Assembly: GCF_001194135.2 (NCBI RefSeq)
Contig: NC_068981.1
Span: forward strand, 126,352,970 to 126,387,452
DNA length: 34,483 nt
Source: Octopus bimaculoides
Lineage: Eukaryota
Direction of reading: 5' to 3'
Part shown: one piece after another, positions 22,836 through 34,483 of the stretch
Position numbering within the stretch: the stretch's first letter is position 1
How the letters are laid out: each line of letters starts with the position of its first letter
Program-made: the position numbers and the translations under genes
The notes under the pieces: model-generated
The model's input: only the letters and a program-made list of their open reading frames with translations
Told to the model about the DNA's origin: nothing
Database searches by the model: none

Positions 22836-23706
22836 TATTGTACTAGGTACAAAACTGGTACTTTAATCAAATTTTTAAAAAAATGTGTCAGGATTACAAT
22901 AGGAATAGGGTATTGTGTTATCAGTGAGCATAAACATGATCCAATGTAATTTCATTATATATAAGTCCTCGCTTCCCTTACTGTTTTCCATACAAACTCA
23001 AAATAAGAGAGCACAGACCTCTGAAAACATCTAAAATATATTAAAAAAAGAGGTATATGAGATAATATAAGAAAATATGGATAATAAATCATTGCGCAAA
23101 ACCAGCCTCTGTTCTGATTAAAATCTGTCAATTTTTTTCTTTTTACGAATATAGGGAGGAACGTTTGTGAAGTGTAATTCAGTAAAAGTGGACGCTGAAT
23201 TACAAACTTTTTAGGAAATGTATTCGATTAACTCAATCTCAGGTATTTGAATGGTACTTGTATTGATACTCGGGTGATAAAATGTAAAAGGCCTCGGTGG
23301 AACTTGAACTTAGAGCCTATGGGAAATATAACTATTCCACAACATTTTACTGCTTCGTGCCTGGTTTGTATTTTGGATTTATGCATATTGATGAGGCCAG
23401 TATGTTGCTCCACTTGACATAGGAGGCGAGACATGGCGGGGAGAGACGAGGGTGATGGAGGGAGATAAGTGAAAATAACAAGCAACTAGCTAGTTCGAAC
23501 GAATAGAGACCGTTTTAGTAGAGAGAGGAGACGGCACTTCTGGGGACTGTGGTTGTAGTATGCGGATATTCAAAGAGAGCTATATATATTTTATAGTATA
23601 TACTAGCGGGAATAAAAGCAGAAAATTGATTGGGTACATAGGAGGAATACCATCATTAACCTAATCCTGAAAAACCTGTTTCTCTCTACGCGGAGGACAA
23701 TGTTAT

Positions 23707-23865
23707 GAGGTAAAGTTTGAACTCAGAACGGAAAGAGCCGGAACAGATACAGCAAGAAATCTCGTCCGATGCTCTTAGTATTCAACCACCTTGGATTGGT
23801 ACCTTATTCACCAGAAAGAGTGAAAGTTGATGTCGGTGAGATTTGAACTTGGATTGTATGGAGCC
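23707..23865 (-). mobile_element. Two decayed SINE family A fragments
   Basis: TTTGAACTCAGAACGGAAAGAGCCGGAAC and TGAAAGTTGATGTCGGTGAGATTTGAACT. Confidence 0.55.
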
Positions 23866-23949
23866 ATAGCGATTATTGTATGGTATTCTAACAAACGCTC
23901 TAACCACTACTCATCCAATTTTCCACATTTATTCCTACCAGTGTACCAC

Positions 23950-24265
23950 AACAAATATTCAGCTCTTTGAAATATTCATATACTACAGCTTCAGTCCCCA
24001 GATATGCTGTCTCCTCTCCCTGCCTATTCTATCTACGAATTATCTAGTTGCTTGTCATGTCCACTTACTACCCTCCGTCATTCTCGCTCTCTTCCCTATC
24101 TCGAAACTCTGACTATTAACTCATTGCTGAGGTCTCGTATGAATAAATCTTTTCTCCAATCCTTCTTCCCAGAACGTGCATTCTCTTGAATCCCTTCCCA
24201 AGCCAAGAATTTTCCTGTACACGTCTATGATGTGATGTTTAGGCTGAACATAAACCATATCAAGC
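23950..24265 (+). mobile_element. Decayed CR1/L2/Jockey-group LINE 3' coding end
   Basis: RYAVSSPCLFY...RSRMNKSFLQSFFP..., resembling the C-terminal SFFPR..WNxLP motif. Confidence 0.5.
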
Positions 24266-24648
24266 AAACTAATTTTAAAAGGGTTAGAGAAGATCATGGA
24301 CATTGCCCCTTTCCTTGTTAAAAATAAATCTGAGCAATAGATCACATTTTTGTCAGTAAAAAATATAGAGAAAACTAATTATTACTGTGTTTATTCTATC
24401 GTCCCCAGAGGAGATTGATACTGTTATATTGCAAGTACTTATTATATCAACCCAAGAGAAATAAATCTTGTTTCATTTGCTTATTTTATGGACTCCTGGT
24501 GGAATTGAACTTTGAATATGTAAGGTAAAAATTAAGTACGGCGAGACAATTTATAGTGAGACGCCATTCTGCTTCTGCCAGCTTCGCTGTCTTCGCGACA
24601 TTTTTACTGAAAAATGGTCTGCTATGATGTTTGACAATAGCCACTTGA

Positions 24649-24819
24649 TTCTTCTTCTTTTTTTTCTTCTTCTTCTTCTTCTTCTTCTTCTTCTTCTTCT
24701 TCTTCCTCCACCTCCTCCTCTTCTTCTTCTTCTTCTTCTTCTTCTTCTTCTTCTTCTTCTTCTTCTTCTTCTTCTTCTTCTTCTTCTTCTTCTTCTTCTT
24801 CTTCTTCTTCTTCTTCTTC
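24649..24819. repeat. (CTT)n microsatellite with short (CCT)n interruption
   Basis: Direct reading. Confidence 0.99.
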
Positions 24820-25137
24820 AATGAAGCAGATAACTGCTTCAATGCCATATTACGTTTGGAGCTTTGTTGCAAAGGAGACTAATCAACATCCCCACAATAT
24901 CACTAAAGGCCACGACTGTTCATGTTCGAAAAGAATGAGAACCATTTAGTGCTGACATGTCAGCGAACCCGGCCCGGCATTGAAGCAGTCATCTGCAATA
25001 AAACTCCAAGCGTAGTAGTCCATGGGATTTAAATCTGGAGAGTTTCGACAATCTCAGTATTGAATTTATATTATCGAAATTCGCACATTCATCTCTAATA
25101 CTCTCTCTAAACTTCTCTGTGTGTGTATATACGAACA

Positions 25138-25175
<38 letters not shown>

Positions 25176-25356
25176 CTTCTCCTTACTGTATGTGTGTGTG
25201 AGAGAGAAACTGTCGTTTACTTATTGCCTGCCACCAAGCCTAGTATAGTACTCATCCTGCATCTCTTATGTTAACTCTTTCTTTCTCGCTCTCTGTATTT
25301 TTTTTAACTTTCTCTTTCCCTCTTCCCTATACGATGTAAAGCGTGACTTGAGAAAT

Positions 25357-25457
25357 CAACCAACCAACCAACCAACCAACCAACCAACCACCCAAAACCA
25401 ACCAACCAACCAACCAACCAACCGACCAATCAACCAATCAACCAGCCAGCCAACCAA
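25357..25457. repeat. (CAAC)n microsatellite
   Basis: Direct reading. Confidence 0.98.
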
Positions 25458-28400
25458 TATTTATACCGGTTATTATCAGAAAGAGGTTCCCTTCTTAATC
25501 CGATACATTATGATTTGAGAGATTTGACTGTTATTTCTACCAGGTTGAGCAACTAATGAAGAGCTTGCTTCATTGGCTCGAGCATCATGTGACTGTCTGA
25601 TATTGGTAATCCCGCAGAATAAATAGTCTGAGTCCTGACTTTGATTCTCAGTCGAAACTAATTTAATCCATTAATGGGAAGTTATAAAAGACTCAACACT
25701 TTTATTAGAAACTGAAATTCTGGAGCAGAACAATCTAGATTTCTGATTGTCATCAATTCATTTCATTAACGTCACCTGTGGCTAAGAAAAAAGCATAAAT
25801 ATAACTAAACCACATTCATCCTCCAACGTGTAGGAAATTTATATACATATTAATTTACCGATATAAAAGGAGAGTTATTTTTCCTGAGAAAAAGGGAGTA
25901 TAAAATGGGATTTCTCTCAACAGAAATAGTAGTTTATGTTTGGCTGTGATTATTCGATCTTTCAGTTAACAAGTTCTTTTATTCTAATTAATTACGTGAA
26001 TAACTAACATAACATTTAATCAATTGTCGTTTGTTGATTTTTAGAGTCAGTTTGGCTGGAGAAACCTGTTTTACGAATCGACAGTCAAAATCTTTCAAAT
26101 AGCGCATTTCATTGAAACTGTTGTTTGTAAACACATTTAGAAATTAGAAATTCTTTCAGCTTGGTCGCTGACATATTTTAGCACATACTTTTATAGTAAG
26201 TATATATTAGAAGGAGAATTTTAGTGTGGTGTACATACATTTACGTTACATCCTTTTTTTCATGTTGACATCAATTCTAGTTTTGAAAGAATTCCTAGCA
26301 CTGTTTTCAATCGTTCGCTTTCCAAAGGAAACCATACAATTAAGTTCTGTCAGAGGGTTCATACAAGAGGGAAAGAAGAATTTAGAATGGTATGCATCTT
26401 AAACATATAACTTACGTATAACTTACTCATTCAGTTATATTATTTCAGATATTCTGAAATTAAAATAAAAACAGAAAAAATATAAATACTCAGAAAATAC
26501 TTTGCTTTTGTGTAAGAAAGATACATAAATTTAGAAGTTGGGCATAAAACAAAGAATTTAAGTTTTGCTTAGAAAACCAAAAAATAACTGCTTTTCTTAA
26601 AAGGAGTAATTTTATTGGTAAGTGTAGGATATTTATAAGAAATACTGGTTGTTGCGTTGTTTGTTTCTAGAAAAATATTTTGTAAAAAAAGAGTTAAAAT
26701 TGGTCTTAGAAAAGCAGCAGATGATACACGTCAGAAAGTTTCTTCCAGTTATTTTTTATATATATATGTAAACGTTGGCTTTATTAACCATTACTTGTCT
26801 GTCTTGCTGACAAGCTGAAAACGAATTAACTTAACAGGAAAAGTGGAATGGTATAAAAGTTACAGCTGTTTAATAAATTATTTGATAAAAAAGAAATACC
26901 AAAGTATTTTAACTGACAAAGTGAAAAGTTTCAATGGCTCCCGACTTTATATCATTCGTTGTCAAAAGTTGTAAATATAACTTTTGACAACGAGTCGTTG
27001 AATTCAAGTTAGTCATTAATATTGATGAAAACAATACTCTGTAGCATAGACGTTTAGTTTCATTGAACACAAGTGAAATAAATAAGATTATTTAAACTGG
27101 ACTTTAGAATTTCATTAAAATCATATCCCATGGAGTTACATTAAATATGATGAAATAGTTTTAATTGGGTTTTCTTCAATATCCATAAAAGTTTAAGTAA
27201 TAGTGATTCATTGTATGTTTGACAATTGATATCCTGTATTAACATTAACGTTAACCCAAATGCACTACTTTGATAATATGTGCTGAGTTTTTAATTCGCC
27301 GTTCTCGTGGCGCCTTGTAGAAGTGTTGAGGCTTATAGGAGAATATTCCATATGCCTTTGAAACTTGTAATCAGTTTACGACATACTTTAAATCTCACAT
27401 AACTCATTAGATAAGATGATGGATAGAAATTTCAAAATCAGTAAACGGAAAACAACCAGATGTGTTTATGCAGTAAAAACAGAGTCACTTCCACATATTT
27501 TAATTTTAAATGTATCTTAAATACCATATGATGTTTTTAAGCATCTTTCTTAATTTCTCTCTCTCTCTCTCTCTCACTCATCCCTCCTCCTGGTTTCTCT
27601 CGTAGTAACATAATGGTTTCTTTTGAATAGGGACGAAGTCAACTATTAATAAGAGGAAAGAAAATGGAGCGTTGTGATGTTTATTATAATCTCCATGGTG
27701 TTCACAGTATGAGAGAAGTAAAATATCTATAACCATAAATTGAAAGAAGGTCACAGAACTGGCTTACAGTGAGCTTAACGTCCTGTGTTTTTTTTTTACC
27801 GATGAGTAACATAAGTTTCAAGTTGTGGAGTACATTCCTTTATTATTAAGATTTGATGTTATATTCTGCAGTTATAGCAATCAGAGTAAAAATGCTCAAA
27901 TAAATAAATAAATAAAGACCATAAACTTCATACTTCATAAGTTTTTCTTTCTATAGAGTTTTTATATATCCGGCCAAAAGATCGCAATGTTTGCGCGTTA
28001 AAGTAATGGCAATCTTTTGGTAATAAGCATTTCGTCCAGAGTGCTACCGATTCTACCAGCTCGCTGCCTTAGAGAAAGAGAGAAATGTTAAAGACACGAA
28101 GATGGGAATTACAGAGTTAAAAAGTTCGTTGAAGAGTTAGAGAGAAAGAAAGAAATATAATGTTCTTAGTAGAGGGAAATTTTAAAATATAATATATTAT
28201 TGTGACTACAAGTGAAATACTAAGCAAAAAAAAAAAAAAATGCTTCTCTTAATCTTTTTCGTTCTGTTGAATTCCCACGTGTCCTACTCGTTACATATTA
28301 AAACAGAAAACGGAAAAATTTTTTTTAATATTATTTATTCCACATTACGTGTGTTTCATTACTTATAGGAGTTACACACATATACATGTAGAAAAGCATG

Positions 28401-29026
28401 TAAGACATCCCATAATGGGATTTGTAACAACATTAAAGATTAGAAGTGAGAGCGCAACTCGGACACCTCGTTTGATTTTAATGGGTTAACTTGTTTCTCT
28501 TCGTATCATAAATTTCTATGGCATACCTATTGTAGTGATCTTTTACAACATTGATTAAATAAACATGAAAGCCAAGCCTTCTCCTGCTTACAATGACGAG
28601 CAGGTATGAGATAGTATTGATAGCTTTCGTCAGGTTACAAGGCATTTTATCTAACTTTTTAACGTTTCTGCTAACTCGTCAACTTACAGCGTAGAAGAAT
28701 AAAATCAACTAAAGATACCTACCTCCAGCTATCAAAATTTGTTAAAGATATTTTGTAATAATTTAGGTGACATTTTAACTTTATAACTAGCCGCTGTGCT
28801 AAAGGAATGACAGTAATATAACACGGTTGTTTAAAAGAAAATTATTGAATATTGCCTTTGGTGTGTTTATGTATAGAGCTACAAGGATAAGAAATTCACA
28901 TTGCAACAGTATGTTCCCAAATTCGATAGCGCGACATATCTTGGGCAAGTGTCTTCTCCCACAACCATAACCTTAGTTTAACCAATACTTCGTGGGATGT
29001 GTGTGTGTGTGTGTGTGTGTGTGTGT

Positions 29027-29100
29027 NNNNNNNNNNNNNNNNNNNNNNNNNNNNNNNNNNNNNNNNNNNNNNNNNNNNNNNNNNNNNNNNNNNNNNNNNN
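29027..29100. other. Assembly gap inside (GT)n
   Basis: N run. Confidence 1.
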
Positions 29101-29133
<33 letters not shown>

Positions 29134-29843
29134 GTCTGAGTACATATAACGTAAAGGAAAGAAATCAATTTGTGTGAGCCAGCAGATTACAACGAGATCC
29201 TTTTATCAGAACTGTGAGTTATGACTAAGTAAACAAAAACATAATTCTAAAGATTTGTTTTTTCAAAAAGAAAATCTTTTGTATTAAAAATTTCGTACTT
29301 GACAGGCATTAATAGTCACCAGCTGAGAAGTAAACTTTGGTTGAAACAGAGAATTTAACCTTACCGACCTCTTATCAAATAAGGCTGAATATAATTGTTG
29401 AAAACTATCCATGCGTGTTATTAAAGCACCAAGCCCTTGATAACTGATTCTTACACTAGTTATAAGAGATTCATTTAAACGATGTTGCTTGATTGTTAGC
29501 AAAAAATGATCTGAAGAACGTAAAGGAGGAGTGAACAACGATCGAATGGATAAGGTGTCCTTTTATCAGCTGTAGCGTTACGGTTCGTAACTTGTTCATG
29601 GCGCTGTGCTACACCCTCTGCTAAGGTACGAACATATCATCTCAAAAAAGTGACCTGGTAGTAGAGTAACGCTTGTCAATTTCCAGTAGGTAACTAGAAA
29701 CTGACAGCGTCAGTAGCAGTAAGATCCAATCCCAGTGTAAGTTACACCTGAACAACAGAAAAAAGGCCTGATCTAGAATACAATTTGTTCTTTTAAATCG
29801 CCTGAATTTCTCAAAGAATAGTAATTATATCATTTCTCTCTGT

Positions 29844-30234
29844 TGTTGTCGTTGTTGGCACTCCGTCACTTACGACGTCGAGGGTTCCAGTTGATCCAAT
29901 CAACGGAACAGCCTGCTCGTGAAATTAACGTGCAAGTGGCTGAACACTCCACAGACACGTGTACCCTTAACGTAGTTCTCGGGGATATTCAGCGTGACAC
30001 AGTGTGACAAGGCTGACCTTTTGAATTACAGGCACAACAGAAACAGGAAATAAGATTGAGAGAAAGTTGTGGTGAAAGAGTACAGCAGGGTTCGCCATCA
30101 TCCCCTGCCGGAGCCTCGTGGAGCTTTAGGTGTTTTCGCTCAATAAACACTCACAACGCCTGGTCTGGGAATCGAAACCGCGATCCTATGACCGCCAGTC
30201 CGCTGCCCTAACCACTGGCCCATTGCGCCTCCAC
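29844..30234 (-). mobile_element. Full-length tRNA-derived SINE (family B), 11-bp TSD
   Basis: A and B boxes on the minus strand and a CAA tail. TSD TTTCTCTCTGT at 29833-29843 and 30235-30245. Confidence 0.92.
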
Positions 30235-30309
30235 TTTCTCTCTGTATATACATACTTAAATACATATATTTGTATACCTTTTAGTAGAGTCTATTAGTAC
30301 AAATAATCC

Positions 30310-30518
30310 ATTCTACTAAAGGCACAAGGATTGAAATCCTGGGGTAGGGGGCTAGCCGATTACATCGACCCCAGTGTTTCACTAGTACTTAAATTATCGA
30401 CCCCGAAGGGATGAAAGACAAAGTCAACCTCGGCAGAATTTGAACTCAGAACGTAAAGACAGACGAAATGCCGCTAAGCATTTCAGTCAGCGTGCTAACG
30501 ATTCTTCCAGCTCACCAC
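30310..30518 (-). mobile_element. SINE family A copy
   Basis: ATCGACCCCGAAGGGATGAAAGACAAAGTCAACCTCGGCAGAATTTGAACTCAGAACG...CCAGCTCACC. Confidence 0.88.
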
Positions 30519-30593
30519 TTTTGTATAAATACTATCATTTATGGTGAAGACGACAGAATAACAGACAATGGAATTTAAAGGAAACAGAAAAAA

Positions 30594-30748
30594 ACACACA
30601 CTCTCACCGGTAAAATTTCCACTTATTTCTTTTTTACTTTTCTAAAATTTTCGTTGCCTCAACGACTATTTAAAAGGTTGCAAGACACAACGAAAATTTT
30701 AGGAAAATAAAAAGAAAAATAAGTGGAAATTTTACCGGTGAGTGTGTT
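30594..30748. repeat. Palindromic element, ~55-bp arms with ~30-bp spacer
   Basis: CTCACCGGTAAAATTTCCACTTATTT...AAAATTTTCGTTG (30603-30656) pairs with CAACGAAAATTTT...AAATAAGTGGAAATTTTACCGGTGAG (30688-30742). Confidence 0.85.
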
Positions 30749-30974
30749 AAATTATAAGGCACCAAAGGAGAATGACTCTCTCCAGACACAACAGAATATG
30801 CGTCAACGCACGAACTCACAAAAAATCTTGCAAACCAAATTCAAAAACGAAAGAAAAAAAAACAAACAAGCAAAACGGAGTATAATGACGTATATATATA
30901 CGCTTATATCGAACACTGAGAATGAGTGCCAAACACCACATTGGTGGATAAATATTTTTCATTTCATTGGGACA

Positions 30975-31176
30975 TTTGTACTCGTCTCCATCTTAGATGG
31001 AGTGTTTACGTTTCCGTAACTTAGCAGTTCAGCAAGACCGACAAAAGACCGATAGAATAAGTACCAAGCTTAAAAAAGAAAAAGATAAAGGATCAATTCG
31101 TTCGACTAGAATTCTTCAAGTTGTGCCCCAGCATGACCGCAGTCTAATGACTGAAACAAGTAAAAGATAGAAGATA
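30975..31176 (+). mobile_element. SINE family C 3' half
   Basis: GTAACTTAGCAGTTC...GACCGATAGAATAAGTACC...ATGACTGAAACAAGTAAAAGATA. Confidence 0.75.
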
Positions 31177-31229
31177 CTCATATACGTATACATATATACA
31201 TACACACACATACACACACACGCAAACAA

Positions 31230-31286
<57 letters not shown>
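31230..31286. repeat. (TATC)n microsatellite
   Basis: Direct reading. Confidence 0.98.
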
Positions 31287-31297
31287 AGTCAAATTCT

Positions 31298-31693
31298 GTG
31301 GCAGCAACTACTGTAGGAAGGTTTAGAAGTGTTGTGCAACGAATTGTAGCTCGTTTTAAGTCATCAGGATCGACAGATGCTAAACCCCAAACTGGTAGAC
31401 CTCGCAAAACCTCATCAACACAGGATCGTATGGTTAGAATGTCAATGAAGGATAGGTTTATCAGTGTTGCTGAGATATCCTGCGAGTTTAGCTCTACTTC
31501 CGATGTCAACGTATCACGCAAAACAGTTTCTCGGAAGTTATGAGATTCTGAGTTGCTTGCTCGGGAACCGGCAAAGGAACATCTGATCTCCAAGAAGAAT
31601 CAAAGGGCACGTCTTTGTTTCGCTCACAACCATGTCCTTCGGACAGAAGAACAGTGGTCGCAGGTTTGTTTTAGCGATGAATCGAAGTTTAAT
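31298..31693 (+). pseudogene. Tc1-family transposase N-terminal half
   Basis: One frame with a single TGA: GRPRKTS..DR..RM...SRKTVSRKL*...KNQRARLCFA...EQWSQVCFSDESKFN (HTH, GRPRK AT-hook and first catalytic Asp). Confidence 0.88.
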
Positions 31694-31822
31694 CGAAGTT
31701 TAATGTCAGGAAATCATTGATAGTAAAGTGATGTTCTCAAAATAGTAAGAGTAAGGGTTTCTTTTTTGTTCTTGTTCCATTTTTCAGTGTTTTTCTAAGT
31801 GACCCTTATATTTTGGCCGCTA

Positions 31823-32715
31823 CAGGGTGCTATAGATAAATTGTCGCTATTTTATATTTATAATTTCGCGCATGCGTGTTGTTTGTTTTTGATTCTGTCG
31901 ACTACGCAGTATAGTAGGGTCAGTTGGGTACCGTCTGTGAGAAAAAACAGCACCATGACGCTAATAAATCTGCCAGAAATTTGAAAACATGCCGTACAGC
32001 TTGGCATTTTTGTCAGAAGCTCCAATACGAACATTTCGGAGTGTTTGGTTGTCAATCTGAGGACAGTGCAATCTATGGACATGTATCGGGAGTGATCAAA
32101 ATCAAACATCCAGTCAACATCATGGTGTTTGGAGTGATCACTAGTGATGACAACGTCATGCCTCCACATTCTTTAACCCACACGGCCTCAAACTCAACAC
32201 GGAGGCCTACATCAAGTGCCTGGAGGAGGTAGTGCTGCCCTGAGTTAAGAGGGTGGCTGCTGGAAGACTCTATGTCTAGCAACAAGACTCTGTACCATGC
32301 CACACAAGCATGAGAACTCAGTCATGGCTGTCAGACAGACAATTTCTGCGACCACATCACCTCTAACATCTGGCCACCTAACTCCCCAGATTGCAACCCT
32401 CGTGATTATTATTTGTGGGGCACAGTTGAATGAGAGACCAATAATACTTTTTGTAACACCAAAGATAAACTGAAGGCAAGAATTAAGGCAGCATTCACCA
32501 ACTTAAAGAAGGAGACTGTCCAGAAAAGTTGCAGGAGATTCTGAAGTCGTCTGGAAGCCGTGGGTGAAACCAATGACGATTTTATTGAATAAAGTTACTG
32601 TTAAGTATTTCAAGATATTTTTTATGTAATTTTGGCAAATATATGTGTTAAAATGAGGTATTAGTGTTATTTTCATTTTTGCGTTATTTAGACGACAATA
32701 TATTCACGACACTGT
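31823..32715 (+). mobile_element. maT/DD37D element, same family and same internal deletion as 8281-9056
   Basis: Starts TA|CAGGGTG with imperfect ~26-bp TIRs. Contains HPVNIMVFGVITSD, QQDSVPCH and WPPNSPDCNPRDYYLWG, with stops and frameshifts. Confidence 0.9.
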
Positions 32716-32727
32716 GTGTGTGTGTGA

Positions 32728-32761
<34 letters not shown>

Positions 32762-32807
32762 GTATATACATATATATATATATATGTTTGTATATATATA
32801 TATATAC

Positions 32808-33262
32808 NNNNNNNNNNNNNNNNNNNNNNNNNNNNNNNNNNNNNNNNNNNNNNNNNNNNNNNNNNNNNNNNNNNNNNNNNNNNNNNNNNNNNNNNNNNNN
32901 NNNNNNNNNNNNNNNNNNNNNNNNNNNNNNNNNNNNNNNNNNNNNNNNNNNNNNNNNNNNNNNNNNNNNNNNNNNNNNNNNNNNNNNNNNNNNNNNNNNN
33001 NNNNNNNNNNNNNNNNNNNNNNNNNNNNNNNNNNNNNNNNNNNNNNNNNNNNNNNNNNNNNNNNNNNNNNNNNNNNNNNNNNNNNNNNNNNNNNNNNNNN
33101 NNNNNNNNNNNNNNNNNNNNNNNNNNNNNNNNNNNNNNNNNNNNNNNNNNNNNNNNNNNNNNNNNNNNNNNNNNNNNNNNNNNNNNNNNNNNNNNNNNNN
33201 NNNNNNNNNNNNNNNNNNNNNNNNNNNNNNNNNNNNNNNNNNNNNNNNNNNNNNNNNNNNNN
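32808..33262. other. Assembly gap
   Basis: N run. Confidence 1.
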
Positions 33263-33366
33263 TACTAGGCTTCCAAAGAATAAGTCCTGGGGTCGATTTG
33301 CTCGACTAAAGGCGGTGCTCCAGCATGGCCACAGTCAAAAGACTGAAATAAGTAAAAGAGTAAAAG

Positions 33367-33368
<2 letters not shown>
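33263..33368 (+). mobile_element. SINE family C 3' end
   Basis: GTCCTGGGGTCGATTTGCTCGACTAAAGGCGGTGCTCCAGCATGGCC...AGTAAAAGAGTAAAAGA. Confidence 0.8.
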
Positions 33369-33397
<29 letters not shown>

Positions 33398-33400
<3 letters not shown>

Positions 33401-33892
33401 CTAATAAGAGTAGAAATTGATATTAATCAATTAAAGCCAGTGGCTTAGCACATTTAAAAAATCCAATGATTAAAAATTATTACATACAAAATTAAGAGGA
33501 ATGACCACTAAAGTGGACATATAATATGCTAAACATAGACGTCAAATCGCCATTACTACGAAGAGTGTGTTCTCAAGAAAAATCTCAACAAAATGCCAAA
33601 AAGTAAATGAAAATATACGAAATAAAAAAAAAAATGATTACCTACGTACCATGGTTTCACTTGTTAATATTTACGTATGTAAATATGCAAATGTCTGCAA
33701 GATCATCAGCGTAGTCTGTCGCTTACTAAACACAATTTCCAGAATATATATTTTCATTTGTCTTGCTCATTTTTAGATTTTGGAGTTTTGCTGAGATTTT
33801 TCTTGAGAACACACTCTTCGTGGTAATGGCGATTTGACGTCTATGTTTAGCATATTAGGTGTTCACTTTAGAGGTCATTCCTCTTAATTTTG

Positions 33893-33895
<3 letters not shown>
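33398..33895. mobile_element. Long-TIR MITE / foldback element
   Basis: 33485-33600 is the reverse complement of ~33779-33895 (about 115 bp, few mismatches). The left boundary is uncertain; the right end runs into (TATC)n. Confidence 0.8.
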
Positions 33896-33923
<28 letters not shown>

Positions 33924-34419
33924 ATTTCTTCTTACCCATCTCTCCCTCTCGCTCTACTTCCTTCTGTTGTCCTTGCTTCTTCACTACACTGCTATACACA
34001 TCTCTCTTTTCCACCCTGTCTCTCACGTTTGTTCCACTTCTTCCCTCTACCACCCTCTCTGCTCACATGTGACTTGTGGTCAATTCCCTCTCTCTCTCTT
34101 TCTCACTCCAGCCACCATGAAGGCGAGACGAACCTGTTTCTTCTCCGTCTAGCTTCGTCATATCACTAGCGTTCAATATTCAATTCGCGTTTGGCCCTAC
34201 GGCTTTTTAATGTTGTTTTCACTGTCCATTTTTTCCTGTCTTGGTTTGTGTTTGCTACCTTGGAATTCTCTGTTTAGTGGATTGATCCACTACTCAGGCA
34301 GAAACTATTCTAAGAGTGCGCTGCCTTATCTTCGAAACGCCTAGTTTAGAATAGAGGCAGCTGATGAAGAATTAATCCAAGTGGCTATTTGTTTTCCTAT
34401 GTGTTCGTTCCGTTGTCTG

Positions 34420-34446
34420 TATATATATATATATATACGTGTGTGT

Positions 34447-34483
<37 letters not shown>
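34420..34483. repeat. (TA)n/(GT)n microsatellite
   Basis: Direct reading. Confidence 0.98.

Noticed and set aside
23228-23485. YLPP motif as a LINE APE endonuclease fragment
   Set aside because: A single short motif with no other endonuclease signatures found nearby.
24486-24872. Poly-Lys / poly-Leu ORFs
   Set aside because: Translations of a (CTT)n microsatellite.
25357-25457. Tandem repeats as CRISPR or telomeric arrays
   Set aside because: Simple microsatellites without unique spacers; not a TTAGGG-type repeat; no cas genes.
34295-34380. GAAACGCCTAG followed by CTGATGAAGA as a permuted hammerhead
   Set aside because: Stems I and III cannot be closed around a valid NUH site in this copy. 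It could be a decayed PLE end but is unsupported.

Overview
AT-rich, microsatellite-dense eukaryotic non-coding DNA with five N-gaps, all next to simple repeats (typical of a short-read assembly). The SINE families and repeat landscape resemble what I recall from Octopus (coleoid cephalopod); this is an inference, not a database result. I find no credible host exon, RNA gene or CRISPR array. Most ORFs in the track are microsatellite translations or transposon remnants. The window is a graveyard of mobile elements: at least three tRNA-type SINE families, decayed Tc1/mariner elements (DD34D mariner, DD37D maT x2, Tc1), MITEs and palindromes, and LINE remnants (Tx1/L1-like, R4/Dong-like, CR1/L2-like, Penelope-like). 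The most interesting part is 19.0-20.6 kb. A Penelope-like C-terminal coding remnant is followed by a ~250-265 bp inverted repeat whose arms end in a type I hammerhead-ribozyme motif. A second, different hammerhead motif lies ~330 nt downstream, suggesting a Penelope- or retrozyme-like self-cleaving RNA element.
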